Both the position numbers and the translations under genes were made by a program. The notes beneath the pieces were generated by a model, which searched no databases, was not told the DNA's origin, and worked only from the letters and a program-made list of their open reading frames with translations. Below are positions 1 to 10,827 of a DNA stretch of 64,000 bases, in pieces. How positions within the stretch are numbered: position 1 is the stretch's first letter; each line of letters starts with the position of its first letter. This DNA comes from Paraphysomonas bandaiensis (taxonomy: Eukaryota; Protista; Chrysophyceae). Location of the stretch: contig CBFFRP010000148.1 in assembly GCA_965644295.1 (NCBI GenBank), positions 1-64,000 on the forward strand, read 5' to 3'.

Positions 1-1
1 G

Positions 2-3000
2 CTACCAGAAGGCCTTTGTGATGGCTGCGCACAAGGCAAGGCTCACAGGAGGAAACATAGGCGCGAGACAAGGCAAATGATACCGACAAAAACCAGAAGA
101 TCGCAGGAGCTTGGAGGACTTATAGCAGTTGATTTTACTGGACCATTTTCACCTCCAGCAATAGTCACAGGAAACACCGTAGTCTTTGGAGCTACCGATG
201 CAGCTTCAAGATACAGTTGGACATTCTGTGGAAAACACAGAACCGAGGATTTTGTCATTGAGTGCATTCAGAAAATTGTGGATTATCTGCATTCGAAAGG
301 CAAACGGCTAATACACTATCATGCTGATGGTGGCCGTGAGCTAGTATCACATCGTGTACTGAACTTGCTGAGAAAATTAGGATCAACCTGGACCTTCAAC
401 GCTCCGTACACGCCAGAAGACAACCCCATACAAGAACGACCATGGCGCACGACCAAGGAAAGAACGCTTGCATCCATTTGCAACTCGGGCCTACCACCCA
501 ACTTCTGGGAACAGGCTATGTCCACCGTCACGCATATGAAAAATCGCCTGCCATGCGCCACTGCAAAGGGATTCATATCACCGTATCAGTTCATCCACGA
601 CGAGGCCCCCGATTTATCTTACGCCAGGATTTGGGGCTGCAAATGCCATACATTCATAGACAAGTCTCAGAGAAGAAACGATTGGTCTCCACATAGCCAT
701 ATTGGGTACTTCATGGGATACCGAGAAGATGGACCAGGGTACGTCATATATGTACCTTCACTCAAGGACTTCGTAATCTCAAGTCACGTCTTTTTCAATG
801 AGTGCATCCCCGACGTCAAGGAAAACTACTACGCTGAAATCGAATCATCACTGAGAGAAGAAAATTCAGAGAATCGAACAACCGAGAGCTTCCAATACCT
901 CGTTGGAATGACCCACACAGATCCACAGGATGGCCTCCAATACATCACGACAAGAATCACAGTCATCAAAGGCCACGTGGCTGCTTACAGAGGATTGGCC
1001 CCACGAGAAAATGAAGGGCGAGTCATCGAGTTAAATGACCCAATACACGCTGCGGACATCGAAAGATACACCGCCGAGCACTTCAGTTATCAGAACGCGG
1101 TATCACCCCCGCAAGAGGAACCAGGATGCCCCGTGGAAGGAACAGCTCCAGGGAGGAGCAGTTCAACCGACAGCCGTCATGACGCCACACGGGGCGGGAG
1201 TCACAGCCATTTGAGAGGACCCTACTCAAATGAAAAGGAGGCAAGGCCTCGCCGCACAGCAGAAGCTCAGCGGAATACAGTGCCGAAGGAGGCACGGGGT
1301 GACAACAAGCGTGATCACCCTGCTCGTAAGGTCAAACGAGCTATCAAGACTGTGAATTCCCAGGGTGACAGGAGCCGGCAAAGCCCGGATGGCACAATTA
1401 CGGGTGTAAGGACACCCCACCGACACAAGGTGAGCCGTTGCGTAAAGAAAAGTCTCCACAGCAAGAGGCAGACCAGGAAAAGGGTAATCATGAATGTACA
1501 CAAATTCGGTGATAATATATACCACTGTGATGTTGATAAAAGATATTTGTACAACCACAAAACACCTGATAAACATGATAGTTACAGAACATTATACATG
1601 AATGATGTTGACATCATTATGCATGCAAATGACACATGTAGCAATGATGTACCTAACACACCTAACAATGTTGGCGAGGCACTATCAGGCAGGTACAAGG
1701 AACAATGGCTGAAAGCCATCAACAAAGAAATCAAGTCTCTAGAGAGCAAAGGCTGTTGGAGGATAACGACACCACCAGCAAATTCCAACATTATAAGGGG
1801 AAAATTCGTGTTTAGGGTAAAGGTCAAGCGAGATGAGGTTACCTTCAAGGCGAGGTTAGTGGCTCAAGGTTTCTCCCAGGTCGAGGGTAAAGACTACAAC
1901 GAAACCTACAGCCCAGTCGCAAAGGCCACATCAATGAGAACAGTCATAGCACTAGCAACTATACTTGGGTTGGAGCTTCACCAGGTAGATTTCTCCACTG
2001 CTTACATCAATGCAGACCTCCAAGAGGAAATTTACATGTATCCACCCGCTGGTCTCAATGTTCCAAACGGTAAAGTCCTCAGACTTCTAAAGAGTATATA
2101 CGGACTCAAACAGTCCGGGTTAAATTGGTATAAATGTTGTACTAATTATTTGTTAGACTGTGGTTTTACCAGATTAGTGTCCGACCCGTGCATATTCACG
2201 AAATCAATCAATGGTCGACCCATAATTCTGGCAGTTTACGTCGATGACATCATTATCGCCGGTAAAAGTAGGACTGACATCATCCAAATCAAGAATTCGT
2301 TAGCTGAAAAATTCGACATTCATGATCTCGGCCTCCTAGATTACTACCTCGGCATATTCGTCAAACAGGATATACAGAATCGAACTACGACACTAAATCA
2401 ATCTCAATACATACGGAACCTACTCCACAGATTCAACATGGAAGATTGCAAGCCACGTAGTCACCCCATGACAACAAATTTTCATATAGACATTCTCGAA
2501 AAGAAACAACTATCTCAAGAAAATCAAGAATTTGTCCAAAATTTTCCTTACAAGGAGCTCATAGGTTCACTTATGTATATTGCTGTGTGCACTAGACCTG
2601 ATATTGCATATGCTGTAAACACCCTTGCTCGTTTCAGTACTAATCCAAATCTAACTACATGCAAAGCCGCATTAAACATACTTAGGTACCTCAAAGGCAC
2701 TATCGATCAAGGTCTACAGTACTCCGGGAAGTCTGTTACTTTAACTGGATTCGCTGACAGTGATTGGGCACGCTGTAACTTAACTCGCAGGTCGACCACA
2801 GCGTTTTGCTTCTTTATTGGAAATTGTCTCATTTCCTGGCAATCACGACTCCAGACCACTGTAGCTCTATCCTCTACAGAAGCGGAGTACATGGCACTAT
2901 CAACAGCATGTCAAGAAGCTATTTGGCTACGGTCACTACTCTCGGAATTGGGCTTCCACATGCCATACTCAACAACCATATGGTGTGACAACAAAGGTGC

Positions 3001-3292
3001 AATTCAACTATGCCTAAACCCCGTACACCACCGACGAACAAAACATATTGCCATCAGATACCACTTCATAAGAGAACAAGTCGCATCGCACTCTATTATT
3101 GTTGATTACATGCCTACAAACGAGATGCTGGCCGACATTCTAACTAAACCCCTCACATCAAACACGTTCCACAGATTGCGGGATTCACTAATGGGGGGGG
3201 GAGGTATCAACATACCTGCTAGCAATAAAAGAACAAAAGTATCTATCCCACCGGCAGAGAACTCAACCAAGAGACCACGATGGATGACTTAG
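2..3292 (+). CDS. copia polyprotein (integrase, RT, RNase H), N-terminally truncated by the window
   Basis: Frame is open from position 2 (LPEGLCDGCAQGK, homologous to LPGGLCDGCASGK of copia-B). Integrase D..D..E (VDF, HADGG, QER), KARLVAQG, LKSIYGLKQ, YVDD, RNase H ADSDWA / SSTEAEY / TKHI. Confidence 0.95.
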   Translation, partial: LPEGLCDGCAQGKAHRRKHRRETRQMIPTKTRRSQELGGLIAVDFTGPFSPPAIVTGNTVVFGATDAASRYSWTFCGKHRTEDFVIECIQKIVDYLHSKGKRLIHYHADGGRELVSHRVLNLLRKLGSTWTFNAPYTPEDNPIQERPWRTTKERTLASICNSGLPPNFWEQAMSTVTHMKNRLPCATAKGFISPYQFIHDEAPDLSYARIWGCKCHTFIDKSQRRNDWSPHSHIGYFMGYREDGPGYVIYVPSLKDFVISSHVFFNECIPDVKENYYAEIESSLREENSENRTTESFQYLVGMTHTDPQDGLQYITTRITVIKGHVAAYRGLAPRENEGRVIELNDPIHAADIERYTAEHFSYQNAVSPPQEEPGCPVEGTAPGRSSSTDSRHDATRGGSHSHLRGPYSNEKEARPRRTAEAQRNTVPKEARGDNKRDHPARKVKRAIKTVNSQGDRSRQSPDGTITGVRTPHRHKVSRCVKKSLHSKRQTRKRVIMNVHKFGDNIYHCDVDKRYLYNHKTPDKHDSYRTLYMNDVDIIMHANDTCSNDVPNTPNNVGEALSGRYKEQWLKAINKEIKSLESKGCWRITTPPANSNIIRGKFVFRVKVKRDEVTFKARLVAQGFSQVEGKDYNETYSPVAKATSMRTVIALATILGLELHQVDFSTAYINADLQEEIYMYPPAGLNVPNGKVLRLLKSIYGLKQSGLNWYKCCTNYLLDCGFTRLVSDPCIFTKSINGRPIILAVYVDDIIIAGKSRTDIIQIKNSLAEKFDIHDLGLLDYYLGIFVKQDIQNRTTTLNQSQYIRNLLHRFNMEDCKPRSHPMTTNFHIDILEKKQLSQENQEFVQNFPYKELIGSLMYIAVCTRPDIAYAVNTLARFSTNPNLTTCKAALNILRYLKGTIDQGLQYSGKSVTLTGFADSDWARCNLTRRSTTAFCFFIGNCLISWQSRLQTTVALSSTEAEYMALSTACQEAIWLRSLLSELGFHMPYSTTIWCDNKGAIQLCLNPVHHRRTKHIAIRYHFIREQVASHSIIVDYMPTNEMLADILTKPLTSNTFHRLRDSLMGGGGINIPASNKRTKVSIPPAENSTKRPRWMT

Positions 3293-3457
3293 AGATCTAC
3301 GGAGTTTCCCACGAGTATGCTGTATGTTGACATCAGTGTAATCCACAATCTGTGATTGCACTCGTGGGTTTTACCCTCAGTAGAACTATCTCCAAATATA
3401 TACACCTATATCCATATATCTATGTATACGCCATATGATTATTTCATTGAGGGGGAG

Positions 3458-3714
3458 TATTAGGAGTCATTGATTCACGTATATCTCTTAACGCGTGAAT
3501 ACAACACACATATACAATGAAATACCAAATAGACTGAATAATTACCAAACTATACATGATACGCGACTGTACAAGATACGCACATGTGTGTGGTGCTAAC
3601 GCTCTGCTCAAACGTGTCTTGCTATTATACTATTAGGCCTTATCGTTCAATCTTTATCTCTAATAATATCAAGTATATTCTTACTAAATATTAAGACTAA
3701 CCTTAAATCTTATT
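3458..3714 (+). repeat. 3' LTR of copia-A (right boundary approximate)
   Basis: Follows the PPT; starts TATTAGGA like the copia-B LTR; shares CTCTAATAAT near its end. Confidence 0.6.
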
Positions 3715-4101
3715 TGAAGTTGTTTCGAAGTCCTGGTTAAGAAGATAGATCGCTTGCACTGACATCATTATGATATTCTACATTCTACAGCAGACGAAAA
3801 GGATGGAATATAACTTGGATAGTTTGCTCATAAAAAGCTTTTTTGAGACAAAATGGGGATAAATAGATTTCTTGCTCTGAAGTAACTTTTGATTAACCTT
3901 TTATAGGTGAAATATACATGTTTTTAATGTGATTTAGAATTCTTGGGTATGGTTGGAGTCATTGGCATCTTGTGCATAAAAGGAATCAAATCCTTCCATT
4001 AAACGTGCGACAATTTAGCGTAAAAAATAGTACAGTATCTTTATACAAGGCTTACAAATATATGAACGTATTAACATCAGAAAACAATATGTTGGTTAAT
4101 A

Positions 4102-4981
4102 TCATTCACTTTTCGATTTTTTCTTTTTCTTTTCTGATTTACTGGAAGAATTCTCGCTTTTGTCTTTCTTGCGCTTCTTAGTCTTCTCTTTTTTAACACT
4201 ATCATTAATACTATCTTCGCTTGAACTCTCTTCTCGTGATCTCTTCTTCTTCTTAGCTGGTTTCTCAGAGATTTCTTCCTTGTCAACATTACTATCAGTG
4301 CTAAAGGTAGATGTATGACCTAACACAGCAGCCAGCTCCTTTGATGTCTTGTTTTTTAGATCCTTAGCAGCAGCAATCTTACCATATCTAAAGCAATATA
4401 AAATTAAATCATATATAAAATTGCAATATAACATGCAATCGGATATAATAAAATAGCATTGGTCGAGTTGCCTCAGTGGGAAGTCAGCGTGTTATCACCA
4501 CATATATTGTAAGAAAATATGTAGATAAAAGGTTTTTTCATCATCGGCAACATACATAACCACTGCACAGTCACTACAAGCGTCCAATCACTTACTTTAT
4601 TCTAACTTGTATATTCTCTACTTTCTTTTTCTTAGTTTTTGTTTTATGAGATGTACCATAACTTGTGTTGAGTAGATCGAGAACAGCATTAAACGAAGAG
4701 ACTGTAGTGCCCCATCCACTATTCCCCGCCTCATCCTTATTAACCCCTAGACCAAGACCGACCTCCCGTCTCTTGACTTTAACAGCCGCTGACATGCCTG
4801 TTTCATTCTTACCAAGACCTTTATCTTCTTTCCAACCCATTTTTTGTAGCATTCTATAGCCGAATCCAGTCTTATCTATGTATATATGGGGATAGACGTA
4901 AGATGTGTGTGTGAGGAGGTATGAGATGAACGTACCATCTTTCCATTGTCTGTTGAGGGTGTCTTCTAACTGGACCTCCAT
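4102..4981 (-). CDS. PINX1: G-patch protein, PinX1/Pxr1-like (spliced; exons about 4981-4936, 4875-4596, 4387-4102, possibly one more)
   Basis: WKD/DKTGFGYRMLQKMGWKEDKGLGK...GLGLG G-patch, then W...FNAVL, RYGK..AAKDL and a K/E/S-rich tail; GT-AG introns with consistent phase at the first junction. Confidence 0.75.
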
Positions 4982-5193
4982 ACTTGCAGCCGGAACAATC
5001 AAATTAGTGTATATGGAGACTGGTCCGGCGGCGTATCGCAGTGTGATAATTATGAGACAACAACCATAATATACATACACATACATACATACCACCCACA
5101 CACCACATATACACACAACAAGAATGAATGGACCCCACACACACCACATGACCTGCTGCTCCTCCTATCGAGTGACTGGACAAGAGACTGCAA

Positions 5194-5356
5194 ACATACA
5201 TACATACATACATACATACATACATACATACATACATACATACATACATACATACATACATACATACATACATACATACATACATACATACATACATACA
5301 TACATACATACATACATACATACATACATACATACATACATACATACATACATACA

Positions 5357-5388
<32 letters not shown>

Positions 5389-5391
5389 CAT
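5194..5391. repeat. (ACAT)n microsatellite
   Basis: About 200 bp near-perfect tetranucleotide array. Confidence 0.99.
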
Positions 5392-5498
5392 GGTATACTG
5401 AGGAATACATGGATGCGGGCATAAGATGGTCAGGAAGAGTGTGTGTGTTGAGATGTCTGCCATCTGGCATCATAACACAATCACAGTTCAGCTCTATC

Positions 5499-6242
5499 AT
5501 GACTTCTATAGGAATATATCGTAAACTATTACCCGCATACTCTTCCGAACGATTTTATCTTCTAGGAGAGATTGAGCAGATATGCGGAGAGCTCATATCA
5601 CTGCAAGCTGACAGCAGTGAGTCTGCCAGCACCGAGAAGAGCTTATGTAGTGCACATATAAATGGAGCCAATAGCACTGATGGTATGGATATTTTATATG
5701 TACTCTGGAAGGAATCTTCTGGACGGAATGAATTGTTACATTCAATTGATGTATTGTGGAAGTCATACGATTCACGGAACAGACATGGCGGAGATGAGAC
5801 ATCAATGGGAACCAGAGCTGTTGTTGTTGTGGAGGCAATGCTAATAGATAAAGGAAAATGGACAGCAGACTTCGAAGCAGATATTGGTGATCTGATGAAG
5901 ATGATTTTGAGCAAGCATAATCTAGATCGTGTTATCTTTGGAGTGGCAGATGCAGTGGCTGCTCCAGCACTAGAGGCTGTGTTGGATTGCGCATCATACC
6001 ACAGGCAGACTAACTGTGATGTACGAGTATTTGCACAGCGGAGGGAAGATTTTTTGGGGCATGACATTAATATTGAGCCAGATGCTGCTTGTGATGTTTT
6101 CCAGATTCTACTGTCCACATCTGAATTTGAAGCAGGAAATCGAAATATATCATCCAAACGTGCGGATGGTGTGAGCCGATATTATTTTTATTGTCTGATA
6201 ATTGCATGTTTAGCCTGGGTAGTGTATATGTTAATACATTAA
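5499..6242 (+). CDS. hypothetical protein with C-terminal hydrophobic anchor
   Basis: Non-repetitive part of ORF 5124..6242 from MTSIGIYRK; ends YYFYCLIIACLAWVVYMLIH (tail-anchor-like). No family recognised. Confidence 0.6.
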   Translation: MTSIGIYRKLLPAYSSERFYLLGEIEQICGELISLQADSSESASTEKSLCSAHINGANSTDGMDILYVLWKESSGRNELLHSIDVLWKSYDSRNRHGGDETSMGTRAVVVVEAMLIDKGKWTADFEADIGDLMKMILSKHNLDRVIFGVADAVAAPALEAVLDCASYHRQTNCDVRVFAQRREDFLGHDINIEPDAACDVFQILLSTSEFEAGNRNISSKRADGVSRYYFYCLIIACLAWVVYMLIH

Positions 6243-6626
6243 TCGCAGGTTAGTATGTACGTAGGACGTAGGTACAATAGCTACTGCTGTGCAGGCTACA
6301 GTTCTGCAGTCTACATCTTGTGTATTACATTTCCGGCATTCTTCCTTGACTGTAAATTATTATATATTGAATAATTAGTGAGTATGCCCTGAATAATATA
6401 ACTACCCAACACTAAACGAGTAAACCACCTATTCTTTTCGACATAGCGTTGTAAACAGAAACGAATTTCAAGCTCTTTGATTAGCTCGACGGCAGGAAAG
6501 GTGGGACTTCGAAAGCTAAATCTACTCCAACATAAGTGCCTAGTAACATATCCTTCAGGTGTACATACTCTGAAGTCGGCATGGGCTTACAGTAGCAGCT
6601 ATGAAAACTCGTTGAACGGCATGGGC

Positions 6627-7751
6627 TTACTCTGCCTTCCTCCATATAATCTCCTCTTTATTTTCCTTGTAGGCAGCAGTACGGGCAGCTGCGAAGAGAA
6701 AATCCGACAACCTGGAGTGTCGATATTATACACGGATATAGAGAAGAGAATTGAAAATAAGGTGGATTATACCTATTTAAGTAACGATACACTTCGGGGT
6801 CTGTTTGCCCCTCCTCCAATAAGGGAACTACAGAGCGTTCAGTTCGGCGGCACACCGATCTGCATAGACCCCAGCGGAAGTGTTAGCACGCAACCTCAAC
6901 GACGGCGACTACGAGCCTCACCTGGCGAGATTCAAATGGGTGCTACAAAGGCCACCGGACTGAACAGATAGCTTTATTTGGGAAGATGGACATTACAAAA
7001 AAATATAAGTACCGGAATAACAAAATTTTTTAGAGGTGGCAATGCAGAGTCAAGAATGTCAATCCACTTTTCTAGTTGCTCCGTGTGTCTACTGTCAAAC
7101 TGCGAGGAAAGTAAACCGATATATTACTTGCAGAGAAACTACCTGAGTTCGTGCCTGCTTATTCGCAGAAGACCCTTGTGGTGGTGTAGCTATAGCAGCC
7201 CCCACATCAAAAAGCCTTGACTGTATATCTACTAGCCTGTACCATGCGCGAACTCAGTCAGTGGGAAAATTACGGGATAGTTTACTAACATGTCTTCCAA
7301 GCCGTTATCTTTACCTTCACACAACTCTCTGGATATCCCTATAATAGCATTCAATTCATCTTGATTGCCAAGTGCTGAATCCATCACACACCAATTATCT
7401 AAGAGAAACAACATATAAACTCCATTCAACCTTCGAACACTGGATCTCGCTTGGATCGTCTCTCTCCACTATACAGCTAATCACCAGTCATATGTTTCAC
7501 CACATATACAGCACACATACCATAGATGTCCCCTTATCACCTGTGCGGGTATAGAGGGGAGATTTCTTGGGTGCCTTTGTAGTAGATGAAGCGTTCCGTC
7601 CAGTGAATGGCTTATATACAGCTCTATAGGCAGAGCCTCTATACGTATGCTACCAAACACATCAACCGATATGCCGCACACACAGGGAGGAGGGTACCTT
7701 ATATGCCGCAGATAGGACACGTGTCCTGATGAAAGGAGATGATGATATCAT
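6627..7751 (-). CDS. MMAB: ATP:cob(I)alamin adenosyltransferase (PduO/MMAB type), multi-exon, likely mitochondrial
   Basis: Exons joined by hand give [115 protein letters not shown]. Missed by the ORF track because of introns. Confidence 0.93.
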
Positions 7752-7846
7752 TGTAGCAATATGTATACAGGGGTTAGTATGAACACTCTACCCCACTATT
7801 CCATCTACACTCTAAACAAGAATATCATACCATGATATGATGCACG

Positions 7847-8697
7847 TATGTATGTATGTATGTATGTATGTATGTATGTATGTATGTATGTATGTATGTA
7901 TGTATGTATGTATGTATGTATGTATGTATGTATGTATGTATGTATGTATGTATGTATGTATGTATGTATGTATGTATGTATGTATGTATGTATGTATGTA
8001 TGTATGTATGTATGTATGTATGTATGTATGTATGTATGTATGTATGTATGTATGTATGTATGTATGTATGTATGTATGTATGTATGTATGTATGTATGTC
8101 TGTATGTATGTATGTATGTATGTATGTATGTATGTATGTATGTATGTATGTATGTATGTATGTATGTATGTATGTATGTATGTATGTATGTATGTATGTA
8201 TGTATGTATGTATGTATGTATGTATGTATGTATGTATGTATGTATGTATGTATGTATGTATGTATGTATGTATGTATGTACGTATGTATGTATGTATGTA
8301 TGTATGTATGCATGTATGTATGTATGTATGTATGTATGTATGTATGTATGTATGTATGTATGTATGTATGTATGTATGTATGTATGTATGTATGTATGTA
8401 TGTATGTATGTATGTATGTATGTATGTATGTATGTATGTATGTATGTATGTATGTATGTATGTATGTATGTATGTATGTATGTTTGTATGTATGTATGTA
8501 TGTATGTATGTATGTATGTATGTATGTATGTATGTATGTATGTATGTGTGTATGTATGTATGTATGTATGTATGTATGTATGTATGTATGTATGTATGTA
8601 TGTATGTATGTATGTATGTATGTATGTATGTATGTATGTATGTATGTATGTATGTATGTATGTATGTATGTATGTATGTATGTATGTATGTATGTAT
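7847..8697. repeat. (TATG)n microsatellite
   Basis: About 850 bp array with a few point variants. Confidence 0.99.
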
Positions 8698-8900
8698 ATT
8701 ACCGTTACTGGGGCTGTGACGAATGTATATGTATACGCAGAGTACGTATAGTATATTCTGTGCATATGTGCATCATGATATGTTGAGCAGTCCTCATATA
8801 TTCACCAAGCTCAGGCATAAAACAATCTCCACACTCTGTGTGTGTTTCCCACATTACCCTATACCTTCCTAATATCTTCCCTGCAACATATTTCGTTACT

Positions 8901-10208
8901 ATGTCAAGACCACTCCCAAAACGTTTGGAGGATGAGCTCAGTGAGATTCCCAGATATAAACCAGAGAAATTTTGCATTGAAAGCTTCTTGGAAGATTCCA
9001 AAGAGAGTGCCATATTTGATGATATATTTGGTCCCAAACGAACTGTTCCAACTGCACCAAAGAATTCTGTCTCACAAACAGAGTTTACAACAGTGCTGTC
9101 ATCTCGACTCGTTGAAGCCGAGAAATCCAATAAAGATATGAGACGACAATTAGCTCACTCTAATAAGAGAATATTAGACTTAGAAGAAGAGAATATGCAG
9201 TTGAATGAACTGCTACAGAACAGTAGTCATGATGCACATTTGTTGCGCAAGATTAAAGCCGAAAATGCCAAATTGCACAAGCAATTGATGGAAATGGAAA
9301 AGTTCTTGTCAGACTATGGTTTAATGTGGGTTGGGAATGATGCCGAGTCACCTGTTCCACCAGCTGCTGAGATGGACTATGATGTCTTTGTTAATAAAGT
9401 TGCTGAACTGAATGAATTGGTGCTGTCAGAACCAGCTCAGGTTGTCACTGAGACAGATGGTGGACTTCGGAGAGCAAGGCTCGCCCACCCAGAGGAAATG
9501 CTGGAGAATATTAACATAACCATGTACAAGAACGGATTGATGATTAAGCGAGGTCCGTTCCGTCCATGTGGGTCAGAGTCCTACAACAGCTTTGTTGGGG
9601 ATATTCTTGACGGATATTTCCCTTCTGAATTTCGGTCATCGTGTCCACAAGGCGTTCTTTTAAAGTTACTGGATCGCCGAAATGACTGCTATACGGAGGG
9701 CTCGGAAGAAGGGCAAGAAGTGATGAAAGGTCCTCACTTTCTAAACCGACTACCCAAGACTGTGGTGCGAGATGGAAATATAGTAAGTGTACGAAACGAT
9801 GTAGCCAAGTTAATGGAAGGAGGTGCACCATCGACTACAGAGAAAACAGTGACTAAAGATAAAACCGCCTCTGGTAAAAGGGTATCGCATGTTCCCTCAG
9901 AAGCACAAGAGTGCATTGAAGCTGGCTCTGAACTCATTGACGACCTAGCAAGTGTTCAAGTCAAGTGGCCCAACGGCGTGGATGTGTTCATTGTAAAGAT
10001 GTACGCCAGTGATCTTGTGGAAGACCTACGCCGAATACTGCTGAGTCATGTTCAGGCTCATCCCTTACCACATGAGAGGGAAGACCCAGAATCGCTGGCC
10101 TCTTTCTATATACGTGGGTCTCATCCGCCGAGGGAACTGGGAGATGAGCTATCACTCCGACAGGCCGGACTGGTGCCCAATGGGACAGTGCATATTAGGA
10201 TGATATAG
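8901..10208 (+). CDS. UBXN11: UBX domain-containing protein 11 (coiled coil + SEP + UBX)
   Basis: QLMEMEKFLSDYGLMWVG, SEP-like MYKNGL..GPFRP..DILDGYFPSEF, FLNRLPKTVVRDGNIV, C-terminal SLRQAGLVPNGTVH. Confidence 0.88.
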   Translation: MSRPLPKRLEDELSEIPRYKPEKFCIESFLEDSKESAIFDDIFGPKRTVPTAPKNSVSQTEFTTVLSSRLVEAEKSNKDMRRQLAHSNKRILDLEEENMQLNELLQNSSHDAHLLRKIKAENAKLHKQLMEMEKFLSDYGLMWVGNDAESPVPPAAEMDYDVFVNKVAELNELVLSEPAQVVTETDGGLRRARLAHPEEMLENINITMYKNGLMIKRGPFRPCGSESYNSFVGDILDGYFPSEFRSSCPQGVLLKLLDRRNDCYTEGSEEGQEVMKGPHFLNRLPKTVVRDGNIVSVRNDVAKLMEGGAPSTTEKTVTKDKTASGKRVSHVPSEAQECIEAGSELIDDLASVQVKWPNGVDVFIVKMYASDLVEDLRRILLSHVQAHPLPHEREDPESLASFYIRGSHPPRELGDELSLRQAGLVPNGTVHIRMI

Positions 10209-10551
10209 AGCTCTTATTCTGATTTCTCTTCAGATGAAATATTTGTAAATTTATTCGGCGAATGATAAATAAAAATTCATTCTGTACATTCGTGTTTGTG
10301 TTAAGTACCATTTGTTATTCTATTAACACTCAAAGCCCTAGGGCAAGCGTATACTATCCGCTCTTCCACACTTTATGGTCAATGCGAGTATAGTGTATAT
10401 TATGTATGTAACAGTATAATATCTCGTTAACTATGTGCTGAGCAAGCATTCGAAATCACTAATCTTAGATACTTGAATTCTATACTACGTAGTGCCTGCA
10501 ATACTATCTGCGGTCTGGTGACCTCCTGGGGCGCACGTGCATAGGTACACG

Positions 10552-10817
10552 TATTAGGATTCAGCTTAATACATGATTGTATCTGTGAGTTATAATGTTC
10601 AATGAAATACACCATGAACTGAATTAGAGAGAGTATCTGTCGAAGATACGTGATCGTCATCATAACGTCGTCATTATCAGTTACACTTCTAACTATTCCG
10701 TTGTGCATGATAGTACGTTCTATATTGTTATTCATAATTTTTCACTCTATCGTGTTCATTACTTACACTCTAATAATCACAACATTGTTTTACTATTATA
10801 AAGATCAATTCTTTATT
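10552..10817 (+). repeat. 5' LTR copia-B
   Basis: Direct repeat of 16022-16287; TATTAGG...CTTTATT. Confidence 0.97.
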
Positions 10818-10827
10818 TGGTAGCGAG
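10818..10827 (+). promoter_or_regulatory. primer binding site, probably tRNA-iMet
   Basis: TGGTAGCGAG directly after the LTR; resembles the Ty1 PBS TGGTAGCGCC. Confidence 0.75.

Larger units (their letters stand above)
1..3714 (+). mobile_element. Ty1/copia LTR retrotransposon, 5' part outside window (copia-A)
   Basis: IN-RT-RH order in the ORF. PPT GAGGGGGAG at 3449-3457 is followed by an LTR-like segment starting TATTAGGA (3458), as in copia-B. The right end (...TCTTATT, 3714) is inferred by analogy to copia-B only. Confidence 0.9.

Noticed and set aside
7812-8786. Long ORFs of MYVC/HTYI repeats (also 5004-5500 and 26316-27057)
   Set aside because: Translations of (TATG)n microsatellites, which lack stops in all frames.
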